The position numbers and the translations under genes were made by a program. The notes under the pieces were generated by a model. The model ran no database searches. It was not told where the DNA came from and saw nothing but the letters and a program-made list of their open reading frames with translations. Below, piece by piece: positions 45,864-50,058 of a stretch of DNA of 50,058 nucleotides (within the stretch, counting starts at the first letter, position 1; every line of letters begins with the position of its first letter). Source of the DNA: a virus (Duplodnaviria; Heunggongvirae; Uroviricota; Caudoviricetes); the IMG/VR virus record IMGVR_UViG_3300006153_000006. The stretch is one strand, 5' to 3'.

Positions 45864-47042
45864 ATGAGCCGTAGAAAAGGCAGATATGAAAGACGCCAGG
45901 AAAGGCGTGAAGAAAACCGCATCAAGAGATGCAAGGAAGTTGGAGGCCTCAAGGAAGTCTTTAGCTTCAAGGATATGTATATGGCAGGCAAGAAATGCTG
46001 CAACGGAGTGCGATGGAAGAACAGCGTACAGAGGTTCGAGCAGCATCTGTTCTCAGGCACGGCCAAACGGCGGCGTGAGCTGCTCGACGGGACATGGAAG
46101 CCGGGTCACTATGTACACTTTACGCTGTGCGAGCGTGGAAAAGTGCGTCCAATCGACGCCCCGCGCATTCAGGACAGGCAAGTCCACAAGGTGTACACGA
46201 AAAAGGTTTTGCTTCCGCTCTATATGCCGCACATGATATACAACAATGGCGCCAGTTTGCCCGGAAAAGGCTTTGAATTTTCCAAGCGGCAGCTGAGAGA
46301 GGAGCTTCGGTGGCATTTCAGGCGGTATGGCCGCGAGGGGCAAATCATTCTCATCGACTTCAAGCAGTTCTTCCCTTCCGTATCTCATGAGGAGCTGTTC
46401 AAGCGGCACGACAAGTATATTCTTAACCCGGAAATCAGGAAAGTGGGCGACGATGTTATCAACACTGTGCCCGGTGGGAAGGGTATGCCGCTGGGCGTGG
46501 AGCCGAGCCAGGCTGAAATGATCGCTTTCCCGTCCGAACTCGACAACTACGTCAAGTGCCAGCTTCAGATGGACTGCGCCGGGCACTATATGGACGACTA
46601 CTACATCATCGTCCCGCCGGGTAAAGACCCGAAGGAAATCATGCGGCTTGTTACGGACAAGGCGGAGAGCCTGAAGCTGACTGTCAGCCGCACAAAATCC
46701 AAAATCATCCCGCTGACCAAGCCGTTCCGATACTGTAAAGCAAAATACACACTGACGGAAACAGGCAGAGTCGTTGTAAACGGCAACAGGGACAGCGTGA
46801 AGCGGGCGAGGAGAAAGATAAAAGCGTTCTATCAGAAGATACAAAACGGTGAGATGGACTATGAAGACCTGTGGACTTCAGTGAACGGTATGCTGGCCTA
46901 CTTTGAGTCCTATGACGACCACACACGGGTGCTGAAGCTGCGCAGGCTCTTTTACGCTATCTTCGGGTTCTCCTGCGAACGCATCGAAAACTTCAGAATG
47001 AGAGGAGCAGAACATGAAATACATTGCACACAGACGCTTTAA
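45864..47042 (+). CDS. brt: DGR reverse transcriptase
   Basis: QDRQVH, LPGKG, DFKQFF, MPLGVEPSQ (LGxxxSQ) and YMDD motifs; no maturase/endonuclease domain. The alternative in-frame start at 45762 lies inside the structured spacer. Confidence 0.95.
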   Translation: MSRRKGRYERRQERREENRIKRCKEVGGLKEVFSFKDMYMAGKKCCNGVRWKNSVQRFEQHLFSGTAKRRRELLDGTWKPGHYVHFTLCERGKVRPIDAPRIQDRQVHKVYTKKVLLPLYMPHMIYNNGASLPGKGFEFSKRQLREELRWHFRRYGREGQIILIDFKQFFPSVSHEELFKRHDKYILNPEIRKVGDDVINTVPGGKGMPLGVEPSQAEMIAFPSELDNYVKCQLQMDCAGHYMDDYYIIVPPGKDPKEIMRLVTDKAESLKLTVSRTKSKIIPLTKPFRYCKAKYTLTETGRVVVNGNRDSVKRARRKIKAFYQKIQNGEMDYEDLWTSVNGMLAYFESYDDHTRVLKLRRLFYAIFGFSCERIENFRMRGAEHEIHCTQTL

Positions 47043-47412
47043 GAGCAACGCCATCTGTGGCCACGTTAATATCCCAGCGCTCACAGAGCTTGAGAGCAGA
47101 GATGGGGTCATTATGCTTGGCGAGAAGCCAATTTGCTACGAAAAGAGCGAAAACGCCCACCAATTCTTTGCGCAGAATGAGGACGGCAACGGTCTGAAGC
47201 GTGGGCAGCTTACACAGGCGATCCAGAAAACGCTTGGGAAGCGGGACGAACGCCATCAGGAGCGGTGGGACAAGGTGTGGGATGACCCGGATTGTCAGAA
47301 GTATAAGCGAGCTGACCACGAAGACTACTGGCTTTGGAACCACGAATGGTTCCTCGCAGACATTGATACGCTGCGTCACATTGCCGCACTTGTCGGCTCA
47401 AAGGAGGTTTGA
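47014..47412 (+). CDS. Hypothetical protein overlapping the RT 3' end
   Basis: 132 aa; RBS GAGGAG inside the RT gene; 29-nt overlap; Trp/His-rich C-terminus. Confidence 0.75.
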   Translation: MKYIAHRRFKSNAICGHVNIPALTELESRDGVIMLGEKPICYEKSENAHQFFAQNEDGNGLKRGQLTQAIQKTLGKRDERHQERWDKVWDDPDCQKYKRADHEDYWLWNHEWFLADIDTLRHIAALVGSKEV

Positions 47413-47416
47413 AATC

Positions 47417-47686
47417 ATGTATCGGATTATCAATATGCAGGGCGACGAGCTTGGCATGGTGGATCAAGTGCTTTACATCAAGGTCACCGAAAGCGGCAGC
47501 TTCGCTCCGTGCGCACAGGAAGAGGCTGTCGGCGTGGCTTTGAACAGCGAGGCATATAATTTGCTGGGGCACGACGACATTGAGGGTGCGGACACCGTTA
47601 TCGTTTCCAAATGCGATGGCGGGGCGATCATGGCGAGCCAACAGAACGCTCTGGACAATATGCTTATCACGATGTTGGAGGGCTGA
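47417..47686 (+). CDS. Hypothetical protein (possible fibre chaperone)
   Basis: 89 aa from ATG 47417 after AAGGAGG. Confidence 0.7.
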   Translation: MYRIINMQGDELGMVDQVLYIKVTESGSFAPCAQEEAVGVALNSEAYNLLGHDDIEGADTVIVSKCDGGAIMASQQNALDNMLITMLEG

Positions 47687-47689
47687 GAA

Positions 47690-48283
47690 ATGAAAGAAAG
47701 AATTAAAAATCTCTATCGGGGCAGCTCTGTTGACGCAAACGGGCTGCTGAAAGCGGTACAGCGTGGGTGGCTAACCCTTGAGGACGTTGTGGAGATCGTC
47801 GGCGAGGAAAACGCTGGCGAGGTCATCAAGAATGCAAAGCTTCAGGAGATCTCCAAAGCCTGTAACACGGTCATCGTGTCCGGAGTAGACGTCACCCTTG
47901 GTGAGGAGACCGTCCATTTCAATCTGAGCATTGAAGACCAGACGAACATCGCTAACCTGTTCCGCGTGGTGGAGCTGGGCGGTACAGAGTTCCCATATCA
48001 GTCTGACGGCGGCGTGTGCCGCATTTACACCGCACAGGAGATTGCTACGATCTATATCGCCGCACAGACCCTTATCACCACGCAGACCACATATCACAAC
48101 GAGCTGAAGTCGTATGTCCTGTCCCTGAAGGACACGGATAAGATCACGGCTGTCACTTACGGTATGACGCTTCCGAAAAAGTATCAGACCGAAATGCAGT
48201 CCAAACTCGCCGTGGCACAGGCGCAAATGGAAGCTATCGTTGCCCGTATGAACGAGGTGGTGAGCAGTAATGCCGAGGCGTAA
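47690..48283 (+). CDS. XkdX-like N-terminus fused to DUF4376-like domain (possible fibre assembly protein)
   Basis: IKNLY...AVQRGWLTLEDVVEIVG resembles XkdX; VHFNLSIEDQTNI resembles DUF4376. Confidence 0.6.
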   Translation: MKERIKNLYRGSSVDANGLLKAVQRGWLTLEDVVEIVGEENAGEVIKNAKLQEISKACNTVIVSGVDVTLGEETVHFNLSIEDQTNIANLFRVVELGGTEFPYQSDGGVCRIYTAQEIATIYIAAQTLITTQTTYHNELKSYVLSLKDTDKITAVTYGMTLPKKYQTEMQSKLAVAQAQMEAIVARMNEVVSSNAEA

Positions 48284-48719
48284 AGCAAGCGAGTGGCTTC
48301 TGAGCGTTCTGCTGTGGGTGTGGGTCGGAACCTTCTACTTCTTCATTGAAGTCGCGTGGAAAACCGCACATGGCAGGCCGGAGGCCATAAGCTGGACAAT
48401 GCTGGCGCTTGCGATCCTCCTTGCCGTTCCCATGGAGCGGTTCGGAGCGGAGCTGCCATGGAAAATGTCGCTGCTGTTACAGGCTGTAATCTGCGCCTGC
48501 GGTATCGCCGTCGTGGAACTCGCCGCCGGGGTCGTCCTGAATATCTGGCTGGGGCTTGGTATCTGGGATTACTCCGCCATGCCGTGGAATTTGCTGGGGC
48601 AGATATGTCCGCAGTTCTTCCTGGTGTGGATCGCCCTTTCCATGTTCGGCATCGTGATGCTGGACTGGATGCGATATACCATCGAGGGCGGCGAGAGACC
48701 ACATTACAAACTGGTATAA
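48270..48719 (+). CDS. Membrane protein, DUF1113/ABC_trans_CmpB-like
   Basis: About four hydrophobic helices; ELAAGVVLN...IWDYSAMPWNLLGQIC motif. Confidence 0.72.
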   Translation: MPRRKASEWLLSVLLWVWVGTFYFFIEVAWKTAHGRPEAISWTMLALAILLAVPMERFGAELPWKMSLLLQAVICACGIAVVELAAGVVLNIWLGLGIWDYSAMPWNLLGQICPQFFLVWIALSMFGIVMLDWMRYTIEGGERPHYKLV

Positions 48720-48742
48720 ATACCAAATACGAATTTGAAAAT

Positions 48743-48769
48743 AGGGTCGTGCCTTGACGGTGCGACCCT
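48743..48769 (+). terminator. Hairpin upstream of the endolysin gene
   Basis: AGGGTCGTGCC/GGTGCGACCCT 11-bp stem with two G-U pairs. Confidence 0.45.
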
Positions 48770-48791
48770 CTATACATAGGAGGTGATTCCA

Positions 48792-50058
48792 TTGAACGAG
48801 AAAACCATTTGGAATTTCCTGAAGTCAAACGGTCTGAACGACTATGGGGCCGCTGGACTGATGGGAAACCTCTTTGCGGAGTCCGGGCTGAAGCCGAACA
48901 ATCTCCAAAACAGCTATGAGGAGCCGCTGGGCATGAATGACAATGCCTATGTTGCCGCCGTTGACAGCGGAAGCTACACCCGGTTTGCGGATGACCGGGC
49001 CGGGTTCGGTCTGGCACAGTGGACATATCCATCCCGCAAGAAGGCTCTTCTTGCCTTCTGCAAGGCTCAGGGAGCTTCGATAGGAAACCTTGACGCCCAG
49101 CTCAAGTTCCTCATGAAAGAGCTGTCAGAGAGCTACCCTGACGTCCTGCGGGCACTTCAGAGCGCCACGTCTGTTTTGGAGGCGTCGAACGCAGTCCTGT
49201 TCAATTTTGAACGACCCGCCAATCAGAGCAAGGGCGTGCAGGATAAGCGCTGCTCCTACGGCATGAGCTATTACAATAAATATGCTGGGAAAGGAGAAAC
49301 AGAAATCCATATGAGCAATAGTCCGTTGGTTACATATACAGGGCTTACCTTTAACTGTAACTCCCCACGAAATCACGTTATTGACAGACTGACCATTCAT
49401 TGCTTTGTTGGTCAGGTGAATGCAAAGCGTGGCTGTCAGGTGTTCCAGAACAGCACTGCATCATCCTGCAATTATGTGGTCGGATGTGACGGAAGTATCG
49501 GGCTTTCTGTGGAGGAGAAGAACCGTAGCTGGTGTACTTCAAGCCGAGAGAATGACCATCGTGCCATCACCATTGAATGTGCAAGCGATAATTTCCATCC
49601 ATATGCTGTAACCGATAAGGCATACGCCGCCTTGCTCGACCTTGTGACAGATATCTGCCGTCGCAACGGAAAGGCGAAGCTGCTTTGGTTTGAGAGCAAG
49701 GAGAAGTCTCTTGCCTATACGCCAAATGAGGGTGAGATGCTGATGACCGTCCATCGGTGGTACGCAAACAAAGCGTGTCCTGGCGACTGGCTCTATCAGC
49801 GTCACAACAAAATCATGGACGAGGTAAACGCTCGTTTGGCGAAGGATGAGGAATGCGCAAAGAATGATGAAAGCGAGGCATTGGAAATGAACATTACGAA
49901 GGAAGATCTGAAGGCCATGATCCGGGAAACCGTTGTTGAGGTATACAACGAGATGAATCCGCTCTATGAGGACATCAAGGATGTCCCAGATTATTGGAAG
50001 GCCACAGCTCAGAAGCTGCTTGACGCTGAAGCTGTCAATGGTGGCACCAGCAAAGAGG
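48792..50058 (+). CDS. Endolysin, partial (runs off the window): phage lysozyme2-like domain plus amidase_2 domain; absent from the ORF track
   Basis: TTG after AGGAGGTGA; frame open to the window end; MGNLFAESG and GFGLAQWT (lysozyme2), then TIHC...NYVVG...ITIECA...HRWYANKACPG (Zn amidase). Confidence 0.9.
   Translation, partial: MNEKTIWNFLKSNGLNDYGAAGLMGNLFAESGLKPNNLQNSYEEPLGMNDNAYVAAVDSGSYTRFADDRAGFGLAQWTYPSRKKALLAFCKAQGASIGNLDAQLKFLMKELSESYPDVLRALQSATSVLEASNAVLFNFERPANQSKGVQDKRCSYGMSYYNKYAGKGETEIHMSNSPLVTYTGLTFNCNSPRNHVIDRLTIHCFVGQVNAKRGCQVFQNSTASSCNYVVGCDGSIGLSVEEKNRSWCTSSRENDHRAITIECASDNFHPYAVTDKAYAALLDLVTDICRRNGKAKLLWFESKEKSLAYTPNEGEMLMTVHRWYANKACPGDWLYQRHNKIMDEVNARLAKDEECAKNDESEALEMNITKEDLKAMIRETVVEVYNEMNPLYEDIKDVPDYWKATAQKLLDAEAVNGGTSKE

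Larger units (their letters stand above)
44574..47042 (+). mobile_element. Diversity-generating retroelement (VR-hairpin-avd-TR-RT)
   Basis: All canonical components are present in canonical order. Confidence 0.96.
1..50058 (+). mobile_element. SPbeta-like large tailed phage/prophage, late (virion morphogenesis and lysis) region; element ends not visible
   Basis: Co-oriented run of terminase, portal, protease/scaffold, capsid, tail tube, tape measure, tail fibre and endolysin genes, preceded by a YonO-like RNA polymerase, phosphoesterase and HU. Confidence 0.93.

Noticed and set aside
45762-47042. RT as a group II intron, retron or Abi RT
   Set aside because: It is short, lacks maturase/endonuclease domains, has the LGxxxSQ motif, and is linked to an adenine-specific TR/VR pair and avd.

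Overview
The window is the late/structural arm of a large tailed phage or prophage with SPbeta-like gene order. The host is probably a Firmicute, inferred from sigmaA-type promoters, strong Shine-Dalgarno sites and the endolysin type. From left to right it carries: a divergent HTH gene; a tyrosine recombinase; a helicase-like ATPase; a YonO-like single-subunit RNA polymerase (DxDGD motif); a metallophosphoesterase; tRNA-Asn(GTT); a second tyrosine recombinase; HU; terminase; portal; protease/scaffold; major capsid; neck and tail genes; a 2395-aa tape measure; distal tail and fibre genes; and a truncated two-domain endolysin. The best-supported special system is a complete diversity-generating retroelement (DGR). 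Its target VR is at 44574-44699, followed by a GAAA hairpin, avd, the TR at 45481-45606, a structured spacer and the RT. All 15 VR/TR mismatches fall at TR adenines. The least explained signal is a 16-bp AT-rich motif (SAAGWTAAYTAAATAR) found four times plus one partial copy. It overlaps both divergent -35 boxes, lies before the RNA polymerase gene, and forms an 11-7-11 inverted site in the tail-fibre region. All product calls come from motif recognition and gene order by eye; no database search was run.
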